Below, piece by piece: positions 27,599-37,060 of a DNA stretch of 64,000 nt (positions are counted from its first letter, which is position 1; every line of letters starts with the position of its first letter). The DNA comes from Candidatus Poribacteria bacterium (GTDB lineage Bacteria > Poribacteria > WGA-4E > WGA-3G). The notes beneath the pieces are model-generated. The model searched no databases. It was not told the DNA's origin and saw nothing but the letters and a program-made list of their open reading frames with translations. Both the position numbers and the translations under genes were made by a program. Where the stretch lies: positions 1,824,001-1,888,000 of the forward strand of contig CAXXLX010000001.1 of NCBI GenBank assembly GCA_963665235.2. Direction: 5' to 3'.

Positions 27599-28336
27599 AT
27601 GTTAGTATCTGTAATCATTCCTGCGTTCAATGAAGAAGGCACAATTCAACAGGTTGTGGAGGCGGTAAGGGCACTTCCGTTTGATAAACAGATTATCGTT
27701 GTCAACGACGGGTCAACCGACAGTACGCGTGTGATTCTTGACGAACTGAACCGTAATGACACGTTGACTGTCGTGCATTGCGAAGAGAACCGCGGGAAAG
27801 GTTTCGCTATTCGGAGGGGGTTGTCTTCCGTTAAAGGGGAAGTCGTTGTAATTCAGGATGCGGATATGGAGCTCTGCCCCGATGACCTTGTGCCGCTTTT
27901 GGAACCCTTGAAAAAAGAGAAGATTCATGTTGTTTACGGTTCAAGATTCTTGAACGGCCGTGGGAATGCAAGTCTCCACAACTTCATAGCGAACCGTCTT
28001 CTTGCAATATATACCAATCTTCTCTACGGTTGTCATATCACAGATGAATCTACAGGTTATAAAGCGTTTTCAGCGGAGCTGATAACACACTTAGAGTTAA
28101 CTTGTGAGGGGTTTGAATTTTGCCCGGAGGTTACAGCGAAACTATTGCGTGCTGGGTATCACATCCATGAGGTACCGGTCTCCTATTTTCCACGTACGAA
28201 AAAGGAGGGCAAAAAACTCAGGTTTTGGTCGGATGGATTTTTGGCGGCATGGACACTGCTGAAGTACCGATTTATCTCGAAAACTGCTCTCTTCAAAAAC
28301 CGAACGCAACGTCAGGTCCCTCATCCCAGGGGATAG
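27599..28336 (+). CDS. Glycosyltransferase family 2 (DPM1-like)
   Basis: VIIPAFNE, DGSTD, NRGKG, QDAD, GSRF, FEFCPE. Confidence 0.93.
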   Translation: MLVSVIIPAFNEEGTIQQVVEAVRALPFDKQIIVVNDGSTDSTRVILDELNRNDTLTVVHCEENRGKGFAIRRGLSSVKGEVVVIQDADMELCPDDLVPLLEPLKKEKIHVVYGSRFLNGRGNASLHNFIANRLLAIYTNLLYGCHITDESTGYKAFSAELITHLELTCEGFEFCPEVTAKLLRAGYHIHEVPVSYFPRTKKEGKKLRFWSDGFLAAWTLLKYRFISKTALFKNRTQRQVPHPRG

Positions 28337-28467
28337 CGAGTCTATTTCGTTAGGAGAAGAGAATTAGAGATAAACAAGGTTATTTAGTTTAAGATAGAAG
28401 CACAGAAAGCTCACACTTCCTGTCAGAAACTGGACACACTCGGCAAAAAAAGTTTGCCATGTTTTGT

Positions 28468-28925
28468 CAAATTGTGTTATACTAAAATGGCTATTGGCTA
28501 TTGGCTTATGGCAATTGGCAAGAGAAAGAGGACTCTGACGCGCGTCAGATATGTGCTTAGAATCACAACCTCTTGCTAATTGCTAATTGCTAATTGCCAA
28601 ATTGTGTTATACTAAACTTGTCTATTTTACTTGACGACACTGTTTAATTCCTAAGGAACTGAGAGGAAAGATGGCAGAGGAAACGAAAGAAACGAACGCC
28701 CCAAATGGCTATTGGCTATTGGAAACCGTTGGCAAGAGAAAGAGGACTCTAACGCGCGTCAGATATGTGCTTAGAATCACAACCTCTTGCTAATTGCTAA
28801 TTGCTAATTGCTAATTGCTAATTGCCAAATTGTGTTATACTAAACTTGTCTATTTTACTTGACGACACTGTTTAATTCCTAAGGAACTGAGAGGAAAGAT
28901 GGCAGAGGAAACGAAAGAGACAACC
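28468..28925 (+). repeat. About 228-bp tandem duplication of the heptamer element, promoter, RBS and first Rpn codons
   Basis: CAAATTGTGTTATACTAAAC...GAGAGGAAAGATGGCAGAGGAAACGAAAGA occurs twice (ATG at 28671 and 28899). Confidence 0.85.
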
Positions 28926-29469
28926 GCTCTCAATGATTTACTCGGTGGAAAGGTCGCACACTTTTCAGACAGAAGCCTGCGCTGGTTGCTTCAAAGACCG
29001 AGAAACGTTCAGGGGTTGGTAGAAATTGCTGCTCCCGGCCTTGCGGAAAGTATCAACTTTAGCGGGCTTGAGCGGCTTAGCACGAGTTTCATTCCGAGAG
29101 ACTTACGGGAACGAGAGGCGGATATTTTGTATCGCGCCCCTTTTCAAACATCGGATAAAGCCGATGAAGTCATAATCCATATCCATATCGAACACCAATC
29201 GACGGTGGACGAGACGATGGGGTTTCGTTTTCTATCTTATACCATTTTTATTAATTATTCTATCATTACCGGTTGTTAGAAATGAAACGGAGAACGGAAG
29301 ACACAAACTAAAAGTTTATGCTACAAGAAAGAGCACAAACTGGAAGTTTATGCTACAAGAAAGAGCACAAACTGGAAGTTTATGCTACAAGAAAGAGCAC
29401 AAACTGGAAGTTTATGCTACAAGAAAGAGCACAAACTGGAAGTTTATGCTACTACAAAGCACAAACTGG

Positions 29470-30710
29470 ATGAAGATTAATTTATTAATTCGGTAATAAT
29501 CCGACATAGCGTAGCAATGCTTGTGAGCCGCCTCTAAACTGTGTCATAAAGTCAAGCACCTTGTCTTTGAGGGTCTCCCACTCATCGCAGAGGCGATGGA
29601 TATGCAGAACCGATTGCCGCACCCATCGCCATAACTTCTCAATCGGATTTGTCCACGGCGCATAAGTCGGCAGCTGCACTATTTCAATCGGGAGTTTTGT
29701 CAGTTCACCGATTTTCTCGGAAAGTTTTCCGGTCCAATTCGGCGGGGTCGGTTTCACAAAGGAGACCGATTGCGGCAGCAGTGCCTCCATCAAATTGGCG
29801 TGAAAATGTATCGCCCGATTATCTTGGATAAGATAAATCCGTTGCTTGTCGGGATAGCGTTGGCAAATCTCGGTATAAAATGTATGGAGGGCTACAACTG
29901 TGCAGCTTGGCACTTGCTGATAAACAACGTCTCCTGTATGGGGGTTCATAGCACCGATACCATAAATAGTTTTATCCGATTGATAACTCTGATGGGCTAA
30001 TGGCGTTTTTGTCCCTGTCTGTGCCCAGTCTTTTGCTATAGTGGGGTTTCGGTAAAATGAGAACTCATCTTGATAAAGCACAGCCGTGTTCTGTGGGTTT
30101 TGATGGGTCTCTTCTAAAACTTGCTGTATCCGTTCGATTTTCTTGGCATAGTCTGTATCCGGACTCTGCAAATACAGTCTAGCACGCTTATAGCTGATGC
30201 CCAGGCGTGAGAAGATTTGATGGATACCCGGCACAGAGATATTAGCAAGCCACGGCACAACCTCGCCAACCGTGCGAAGCGTCCAGCGCGTTTGATGTGC
30301 CTTGACTTGTCCCGGGTCTTGTCCTATAGCCGTCAACGCCTCGGTTTCTGCTTCTTCGGGGGATTTGGGGGCGAACGCGGGTTTGCGGCCACGGCCCGGT
30401 CTATGAAACAATCCTTGAATGCCCTCTTCTTGGTATCGGCGAAGCCAGGCATAAACAGTGTCCGGATCTCGCTTCTTTAGCAGCCCTTTGAGGGCGATTT
30501 TGTGTGGAGAAGTTCCCGCGGCTATCTTTAGCAGGGCAGCCGCACGTTCCCGAAGATAAGCGGGTTCCCCTGTATCGCGGAGTTCAATCAGTCTTTGGCG
30601 TTCATCTTTACTGAGTTCAAGTTCATGGCGTTTTGACATAAGACAATACCTCCTGGGACAATAGGATAACATAAAAACAGAAATTACCGAATTAATTTCT
30701 TAATCTTCAT
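29470..30710 (-). mobile_element. IS630-family insertion sequence
   Basis: 28-bp imperfect TIRs ATGAAGATTAA..ATTAATTCGGTAAT flanking one transposase gene. Confidence 0.9.
29485..30639 (-). CDS. IS630-family DDE transposase
   Basis: N-terminal HTH, YQDE, IQDN..IH, LPTYAPWTNPIEKLW; AGGAGG RBS before MSKRHE. Confidence 0.92.
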   Translation of the reverse strand: MSKRHELELSKDERQRLIELRDTGEPAYLRERAAALLKIAAGTSPHKIALKGLLKKRDPDTVYAWLRRYQEEGIQGLFHRPGRGRKPAFAPKSPEEAETEALTAIGQDPGQVKAHQTRWTLRTVGEVVPWLANISVPGIHQIFSRLGISYKRARLYLQSPDTDYAKKIERIQQVLEETHQNPQNTAVLYQDEFSFYRNPTIAKDWAQTGTKTPLAHQSYQSDKTIYGIGAMNPHTGDVVYQQVPSCTVVALHTFYTEICQRYPDKQRIYLIQDNRAIHFHANLMEALLPQSVSFVKPTPPNWTGKLSEKIGELTKLPIEIVQLPTYAPWTNPIEKLWRWVRQSVLHIHRLCDEWETLKDKVLDFMTQFRGGSQALLRYVGLLPN

Positions 30711-31242
30711 GAAGTTTATGCTACTACAAAGAGACATTTTCAATTAGGAATGGTATTACATGGTATCGATATGGGACGCAGAAATCAGACGATGGGAGAA
30801 AGACAAGCCTCCCAAAAGTGAACGCCGCTTGTCCCCGATTCTGCCGATACTCTTTTACACAGGCGACCAGAGCTGGAACGTTCCGCTGACCCTGGAAGCA
30901 CTCATGAACCTCCCGAAGGAGCTGGAACGTTTTATTCCCAAGTTTGAGACGGTGCAGCTGGATGTCAAAGAGACAGAGGTGGAAGTGCTAACGCAGACAG
31001 AACATCTGATAGGTTGGCTGCTTACGGTGCTGCAAAAGGAGCGTGCAAGCCCAGAGGAGCTAAGGCGTGCCTTAGTTGATATGCTAATGCACACGGATAC
31101 GCTTCCTGCGGGACAGGCGGCTGAGAAACGTGAGGCGATTCAATATATCCTATCGCTTATCATGCATCGCCGGCCTCCGGCGGAGCATGAAGCGTTGATA
31201 GAACTTGTTGATAAACATACCCCTACTTTGGAGGTAAATTCA

Positions 31243-31533
31243 ATGACACGCACAATAGCACACGAATTGATGGAACAAGGTATAGAAATCGGTGAACAGC
31301 GCGGTATAGAAATCGGTGAACAGCGCGGTATAGAAATCGGTGAAAAACGCGGTGAACAGCGCGGTCTGGTTCGTGCGAAGTGGGAGGCTATCCTGAAAGT
31401 GCTATCTTCCCGTTTTAGCGATGTTCCTGATACCCTCACCCGTAAAATCGGCAGAATGCACAGTCTCCAACGTCTAGATTCAATCCACACACAAGCGTTA
31501 GAGGTGCAAGCCATAGAGGATATAGAGTGGTAA
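31243..31533 (+). CDS. Predicted internally translated Rpn C-terminal protein (RpnS-like)
   Basis: GGAGGT 7 nt before in-frame ATG; MTRTIAHELMEQG followed by GIEIGEQR repeats. Confidence 0.6.
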   Translation: MTRTIAHELMEQGIEIGEQRGIEIGEQRGIEIGEKRGEQRGLVRAKWEAILKVLSSRFSDVPDTLTRKIGRMHSLQRLDSIHTQALEVQAIEDIEW

Positions 31534-31574
31534 TGTGTTGGGCTGCCTATAGGATAAAGTGAGACAGAAGTACA

Positions 31575-31689
31575 CAGGACTTACGCAAATTTATCAGGAG
31601 TCTCGTAGGGGCGGGGTCTCCCCGCCCGCTATGTCTCCCCCTATGCTCCCATTATCATAAGGGTTTATCAACGCACTGCGTAAGTCCTG
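31575..31689. mobile_element. MITE with CAGGACTTACGCA TIRs
   Basis: Perfect TIRs, GTACA direct repeat on both flanks, homologous to 4725-4862. Confidence 0.85.
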
Positions 31690-31870
31690 GTACAAAAACT
31701 TTACACACCTGATTATAGATTTTTTTTGACATCTTTCTGAAAATTTGGTATCCTTTTAATCGTTGGCGGGCAGCTTGCCCCCCTACTGTAACATCATGCA
31801 TGGTAGTAGGCATTCTCCGAATGCTGTCCTGCTAAAAACATACACAACTCTGGAGGTTAAATTACGAACT

Positions 31871-33484
31871 ATGTCCAAACAAATAACCTATTCTCTATTG
31901 ACGCTTTTATTGATATGCGGTCTGTCCTTCTCTGCTTTCGGGCACGGCGATGTTTCTTCGCTTTTAGAGGATATCAACAAAGACGGTGTAGTGAACATCC
32001 AAGACTTAGTGCTCGTTGCCAATGCGTTTGGCCAGGCGGTAGGCAGGGATGTAGCCCAGAATCCCGATGTCGATCGAAGTGGCAGCGTTGATATTCTTGA
32101 CCTGGTTCGCGTAACGAAACGTTTTGGTGAAACTGTGCCGGATGAGAACTCAACGTATCATGATATTCAGGAGTATATTTTTGATAAGAGCTGTGCCAGT
32201 AGCATTTGCCATGCTGCACCGCAGAACGCAGCCAATTTAAATCTAACATTTAGACTTTCCTATCAAGATTTAGTCGGACGTGTGCCTCGGAATCCTGCAG
32301 CGGCAGCAGCAGGGATGAAACTCGTTGACCCCGGCAATCCGGAGAACAGTTTCCTTTTGACGAAATTAATGGGCCCCGAAGCTCCCGAACTCGGTCAACG
32401 CATGCCTTATGGGATGGGAGCACTTCACAACGGAAAAATTAATGCTATCCGCACATGGATTACGGCAGGCGCGCCAGAAGCAGGAAAAGTGCCAGGAATC
32501 GGTGACCTCGGGGTACTTCGAGACCCGCAAGAGGTATTTACACCACCTGCACCTCCGCCCCCTGGGCAAGGTTATCAACTTCGACTGCCGCCTTTCAAGA
32601 TCGCACCTGGGACTGAGCGAGAGGTGTTCTATGCAACACAGATTACGGATGAAAATGGGCAACCTATAACGGGCGACATTTTTATTAACAGGGTTGAAAT
32701 TTTCTATCCATCTGGCAGTCATCACTTCATCATATATCGGATTACGGAAAATGGGCTAGCCAAAGGGCTCTTAGAGAACGGCATAATCCCTGGCATTGCG
32801 GTGAACCCTGAGGATACTTTCCGGGAACTTGACGCGAGTAATCCTGATCCGGTATTCGGACATATTGGCGAAAGACTTTTTGTCGTTGGCACACAGACAG
32901 ACGATACCGTCTTCCAGTTTCCTGAAGGCGTAGGCTTGCGATTGCCCGGAGATACGATTTACGACCTGAATTCTCACTATATCAATCTCCTCGGAGACGA
33001 AACGTTGATTGGCGAAACCTATGTCAATATCTATACAATTCCGGAGGAGGAGGTCAAGTATGAGGCACTCGAAATTTTCGTCAACAATCGTCAAATTAAC
33101 GTACCGCCTAAAAAGACACGCGTCGCCAAAATGACCTGGTACGTTGAAGATGAATTGCGAGTCCGCGGCCATGACCCGGATACGGCTTTGAACGTCTTTT
33201 TGCTGAGTTCTCACATGCACAGGCACGGCGAAATTTTCGAAATTTATCAGACATCAACAGATAAGTTATTGCATCGGAGTGTCGCTTATGACGATGCACC
33301 TATTGACCTATTCAAGCCGCCCTTGGTTTTAGGCCCTGACGATGGGCTCAGCTTCCGGTGTACGCATAATAACTACGATAAAGACGTGCCGCTCCAGTTC
33401 GGACTTACCTCCGAGGACGAGATGTGTATTATGTTCGGTTATTACTTTGTACCGGCTGACAAGGCGGGGAGTATAATTCAATAG
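31871..33484 (+). CDS. Secreted copper type II (PHM/DBH-like) monooxygenase with dockerin-like and CX4CH domains
   Basis: Signal peptide; DINKDGVVNIQDLV repeat pair; CASSICH; SHHF, NSHY, SHMHRHG, EDEMC. Confidence 0.75.
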   Translation: MSKQITYSLLTLLLICGLSFSAFGHGDVSSLLEDINKDGVVNIQDLVLVANAFGQAVGRDVAQNPDVDRSGSVDILDLVRVTKRFGETVPDENSTYHDIQEYIFDKSCASSICHAAPQNAANLNLTFRLSYQDLVGRVPRNPAAAAAGMKLVDPGNPENSFLLTKLMGPEAPELGQRMPYGMGALHNGKINAIRTWITAGAPEAGKVPGIGDLGVLRDPQEVFTPPAPPPPGQGYQLRLPPFKIAPGTEREVFYATQITDENGQPITGDIFINRVEIFYPSGSHHFIIYRITENGLAKGLLENGIIPGIAVNPEDTFRELDASNPDPVFGHIGERLFVVGTQTDDTVFQFPEGVGLRLPGDTIYDLNSHYINLLGDETLIGETYVNIYTIPEEEVKYEALEIFVNNRQINVPPKKTRVAKMTWYVEDELRVRGHDPDTALNVFLLSSHMHRHGEIFEIYQTSTDKLLHRSVAYDDAPIDLFKPPLVLGPDDGLSFRCTHNNYDKDVPLQFGLTSEDEMCIMFGYYFVPADKAGSIIQ

Positions 33485-33646
33485 TATTGTAGGAGTCCTT
33501 GAATCGGGTTTCCTGTCCCACAACTACAACTATCCGCTTTTTGGCTTTCGGCTGTCGAAAACTATCAGCTATCGGTAAGAGGGTTTTGATTTATCATCAG
33601 AAGTCTCTTACCAACAGCTGACTGCCGATGGCGCATCGCAAATAGC

Positions 33647-35527
33647 ATGCTTACCACACCATATAAAAAAAAGAATTTCATCGAATCCTTAGCACAGCGA
33701 GTCCTTGTGTGCGATGGTGCCATCGGCACAGAACTCCGGAAACGTATACCGGCGCATCTGTCTTGTGTAGATGCCTGTAATATTTTTGATGAATACAGAG
33801 ACGCAGTCGTTGAGATTCACCGAGAGTACGCCGCAGTCGGGGCGGATGTTATTCAAACCAACACCTATCAGGCAAATAGAGAGGCGTTGGCAATTCACGG
33901 GTTAGCCGAGCAGGTTGAAGCCATTAACCGGGCAGGCGTGAAATTAGCGCGGCGTGGTGCAGGGGAGGCGTGCTATATTGCTGGCTCCGTTGGGCAAATT
34001 CCGTTTCAAACGGCGGATGCCACTGCCACAAACGTCAGCCCATCCAGTAAAACGATTCGCAAGCTTTTCAAAGAACAGATGGACGCACTCGTTAATGAAG
34101 GGGTTGACCTGCTCATATTGGAAACGTTTGTGTCTGCCAAGCAGGCGGAGATAGCTACGAAGCAGGCACTGACGTACGATTTACCTGTTATCGTCGAGAT
34201 TAGCGGAATTTCTGGTGGAACTGTCGGCACAGGCGTGGATGTACGCGTCTTCGCCCAGGAATTGGAACAACTCGGTGCCCATGCGGTCGGTATAAATTGT
34301 AGAGGCCCGCACGATTTGGTTGAAGCGATGGAGCTCCTCGCGCCTGTCATAAAGGTACCGCTCGTCGTGCAGCCCAACGCGGGCAATCCGAGGGTGGAAC
34401 AGGGAGAAATTGCCGTTTCCTATACCGTTGACGCGGATGTCTTTACCGACTATGTCCACAAATTAATTAAACTTGGCGCGAACATGATTGGGGGGTGTTG
34501 CGGCACAACGCCTGAGTATACCGCCAAGATTCGGGAAGCGGTTGCCGATACGAAACCGGTTAAACGGCAGCCCCGTATTTTTGTGCTGCCGAAACGTTCG
34601 CCAGCGTCCAAAACAGAACGAGATAACCCGGTGCAGCAGGTATTTGAAACACGCGAACGGATTGTGAGTGTAGAGGCGCGCGCCAATACGTTTCCACAAT
34701 TACGTGCCCTGCTCAAGGAGGCGAAAGTCCTCGCTGCGCTCGGTGTCGACCTATTTGATGTGACCGATAATTCCGGGGCAGCGGTAAACATCGGGGCAGT
34801 CGGGACAGCCTTTAGACTTCAGCAGGCGACGCATATTCCGACGCTTATCCATTGGACAACCCGGTCGCGCAATCTTATCAGTATGCAGTCGCATCTGTTG
34901 GAGGCAGAGGCGTTGGGGATTCGCGGAATAGTCGCTTTATCCGGTGACCATCCAAAGGCGGGCCCGTATGAATCCGCTAGTCTTGTCCCTGACGTTCGCG
35001 GCGCGGTTCAATTGATGAAGCTCATTTCTCGGTTAAACCGAGGTGAACTTGCCGATGGCGCGTCCATCGGAGACCCGTGTGGTTTTTATTACGGCGGCGG
35101 GTTCACAATTGCTGAAAACCTATTACCCCACGTTAAGCATCTAACCAATAAAGTCGCAAACGGCGCAAAGTTTGCCTATACACAACCGGTTTGGACATAT
35201 CAAGACATTGAACGTGCGCAGAAAGCGACTGAACACCTCGGCATAAAAATCCTTTACGGCATTCTACCGCTAACGAGTTTCCGCAGTGCCTCCTACCTAC
35301 GCGACAATTTAGGGCTTTATATTCCGCAGTTCATTGTTGATAAATTCCGGGACCTTGGCGATACGGCAGGCAGTGAACTCGGCATGCGGTTGACCTTGGA
35401 GCTGGTCCAGAAAATCCGAAATCAGGATGCATTTCCGATTGATGGCATCTATCTTATCCCCCCAGCGCGGCTAAATTGGAAAAATAGACGCGGTGTTATT
35501 TCTGAAATCGTTAAAACCTATCGTTAG
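33647..35527 (+). CDS. Bifunctional homocysteine S-methyltransferase / methylenetetrahydrofolate reductase (YitJ-like)
   Basis: DGAIGT, GINC, PNAGNP, GGCCGTTP, followed by an MTHFR domain (DVTDNS, SGDHP, TQPVW). Confidence 0.9.
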   Translation: MLTTPYKKKNFIESLAQRVLVCDGAIGTELRKRIPAHLSCVDACNIFDEYRDAVVEIHREYAAVGADVIQTNTYQANREALAIHGLAEQVEAINRAGVKLARRGAGEACYIAGSVGQIPFQTADATATNVSPSSKTIRKLFKEQMDALVNEGVDLLILETFVSAKQAEIATKQALTYDLPVIVEISGISGGTVGTGVDVRVFAQELEQLGAHAVGINCRGPHDLVEAMELLAPVIKVPLVVQPNAGNPRVEQGEIAVSYTVDADVFTDYVHKLIKLGANMIGGCCGTTPEYTAKIREAVADTKPVKRQPRIFVLPKRSPASKTERDNPVQQVFETRERIVSVEARANTFPQLRALLKEAKVLAALGVDLFDVTDNSGAAVNIGAVGTAFRLQQATHIPTLIHWTTRSRNLISMQSHLLEAEALGIRGIVALSGDHPKAGPYESASLVPDVRGAVQLMKLISRLNRGELADGASIGDPCGFYYGGGFTIAENLLPHVKHLTNKVANGAKFAYTQPVWTYQDIERAQKATEHLGIKILYGILPLTSFRSASYLRDNLGLYIPQFIVDKFRDLGDTAGSELGMRLTLELVQKIRNQDAFPIDGIYLIPPARLNWKNRRGVISEIVKTYR

Positions 35528-35654
35528 CCTGGGCTATTGGAAACCATTGGAAACCGTTGGAGACCAGAAGTCTCTGACGCGTGTCAAAAACCTGCTTAGA
35601 ATCGCAACCTCCTGCTAAATGCTAATTGGTTGTTGGCAAGAACGCATCGTCTAA

Positions 35655-35845
35655 TACCGAATTTAAAAAAATAATCTTCAGGACTATATTATCATTTTTG
35701 CCTATTTTTGATAATAAGGAATTCTATATTATCATTTTTACCTATTTTTGATAATAAGGAATTCTATATTATCATTTTTGGAAACTATCGCGAATTTAGT
35801 GGATTTGCAAAATGGAAAAATAATATGAATCCTGTTAATTTGGTA
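35655..35845. mobile_element. AT-rich MITE with TAA duplication and an internal 40-bp tandem repeat
   Basis: taa|TACCGAATTT...TTAATTTGGTA|taa; unit CTATATTATCATTTTTRCCTATTTTTGATAATAAGGAATT at 35684, 35724 and partially at 35764. Confidence 0.7.
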
Positions 35846-35994
35846 TAAGTGGGACGTTTGTATGCGCGCTTACAAATGGTGGAGGAGATGCTTAAACAAA
35901 TGAACCTCATTCCTCATTTTGTTTATTGAAGAGAACGCGAAATTCTGCTAAAATATTAGAAAAACAGGTAGGAGAAGGAGACACAACCCAAGAG

Positions 35995-37002
35995 ATGGAC
36001 AAAAAACGCGCAAATGGACGCTACTATACACGTGGAAATCCGTTTCAGATGGAGGTTTTCCAGACGTGGGCAAAAGCTCTTAATTTAGAACAACAGACCG
36101 TATTGGAACCGTTTGCAGGGGCTAAGCACATTCCACAATTAATTGCCGCAGCAGATTTGCAGTGCGGAGATTGGGCATGTTATGACATTGCACCGGGGGC
36201 AAAAGGAATTGTGCAACGTGATACACTCCTTGACTTTCCAAGGGGATTTGATGTATGCATTACCAATCCACCTTGGCTTGCGCGCAACTCTGCAACGCGC
36301 CGAGGGTTGCCGTTTCCGGAAACAACACACCACAATGATCTTTATAAATACGCGCTTGAACAGTGTTTAACACACTGTTCATGGGTTGCCGCCATCATTC
36401 CTGAGGCGTTTATTCGGAGCGGTCTGTTTTTGCAACGGTTGTGTGATTTTATCTCTTTGGTCCCACAAACACAAGGTTCGATGGCACAAGAAAATAAAAA
36501 AAGAGACACCTCCTATATGTTTGAAGACACTGAACATCCAGTGGGTCTGGCACTGTTTGCCCCGGACGCAACATCGGACGTTAGGGTATGGCGTAACAAT
36601 CAACTTATAGGTGGTCTCAATGCGCTACGGAAGCATCTCCCGATGCGTTCCAGCAATCGCGGCATTGTGTTCAATGAGCCGAATGGAAACCTCGGCCTCA
36701 TCGCCATAGATAATACCGTCTCTGCCTCTATCCAATTTTGTCCGCCAGCGGAACTGGCGGGGTATCCTATCCGCCACCAGTGTCGCTCCATTACGAAAAT
36801 TGGTGTGCCGTGGCGCGTGGACATAGAGATGCTCAACGCGCGTTTGGCAACAATCCGAGAGAAAACCCACGATGTTTTCTTGACAGCGTTCAAAGGCATA
36901 CGCCGCGATGGACAGTACCGACGACGGTTAGATTGGGCATTGGCACGGTCAATTATTGACGTGAAAGGCCTACATTTGCAACTTGAAATGGATATGGAGT
37001 AA
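35995..37002 (+). CDS. Putative amino-DNA methyltransferase (NPPW type)
   Basis: GRYYT, VLEPFAG (motif I), ITNPPW (motif IV), DLYK, AIIP. Confidence 0.7.
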   Translation: MDKKRANGRYYTRGNPFQMEVFQTWAKALNLEQQTVLEPFAGAKHIPQLIAAADLQCGDWACYDIAPGAKGIVQRDTLLDFPRGFDVCITNPPWLARNSATRRGLPFPETTHHNDLYKYALEQCLTHCSWVAAIIPEAFIRSGLFLQRLCDFISLVPQTQGSMAQENKKRDTSYMFEDTEHPVGLALFAPDATSDVRVWRNNQLIGGLNALRKHLPMRSSNRGIVFNEPNGNLGLIAIDNTVSASIQFCPPAELAGYPIRHQCRSITKIGVPWRVDIEMLNARLATIREKTHDVFLTAFKGIRRDGQYRRRLDWALARSIIDVKGLHLQLEMDME

Positions 37003-37060
37003 AAATAACTTAATCGCAACCCCGCCTGTAACAACGACGAAGGCACCATGATTCAATTCT

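Larger units (their letters stand above)
29240..30755. mobile_element. REP-array MITE (inverted copy of 5218-5463) with TTA duplication, interrupted by IS630
   Basis: tta|TACCATTTTT...GGAATGGTA|tta; six CACAAACTGGAAGTTTATGCTAC-type units, the sixth split by the IS. Confidence 0.88.
28899..31533 (+). pseudogene. Rpn/YhgA-like PD-(D/E)XK nuclease gene interrupted by a MITE and IS630
   Basis: N part EADILY..HIEHQS..MGFRFLS; C part ILPILFYTG..W; removing 29240-30755 and one TTA restores ...FLSYMVSIW... in frame. Confidence 0.88.
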
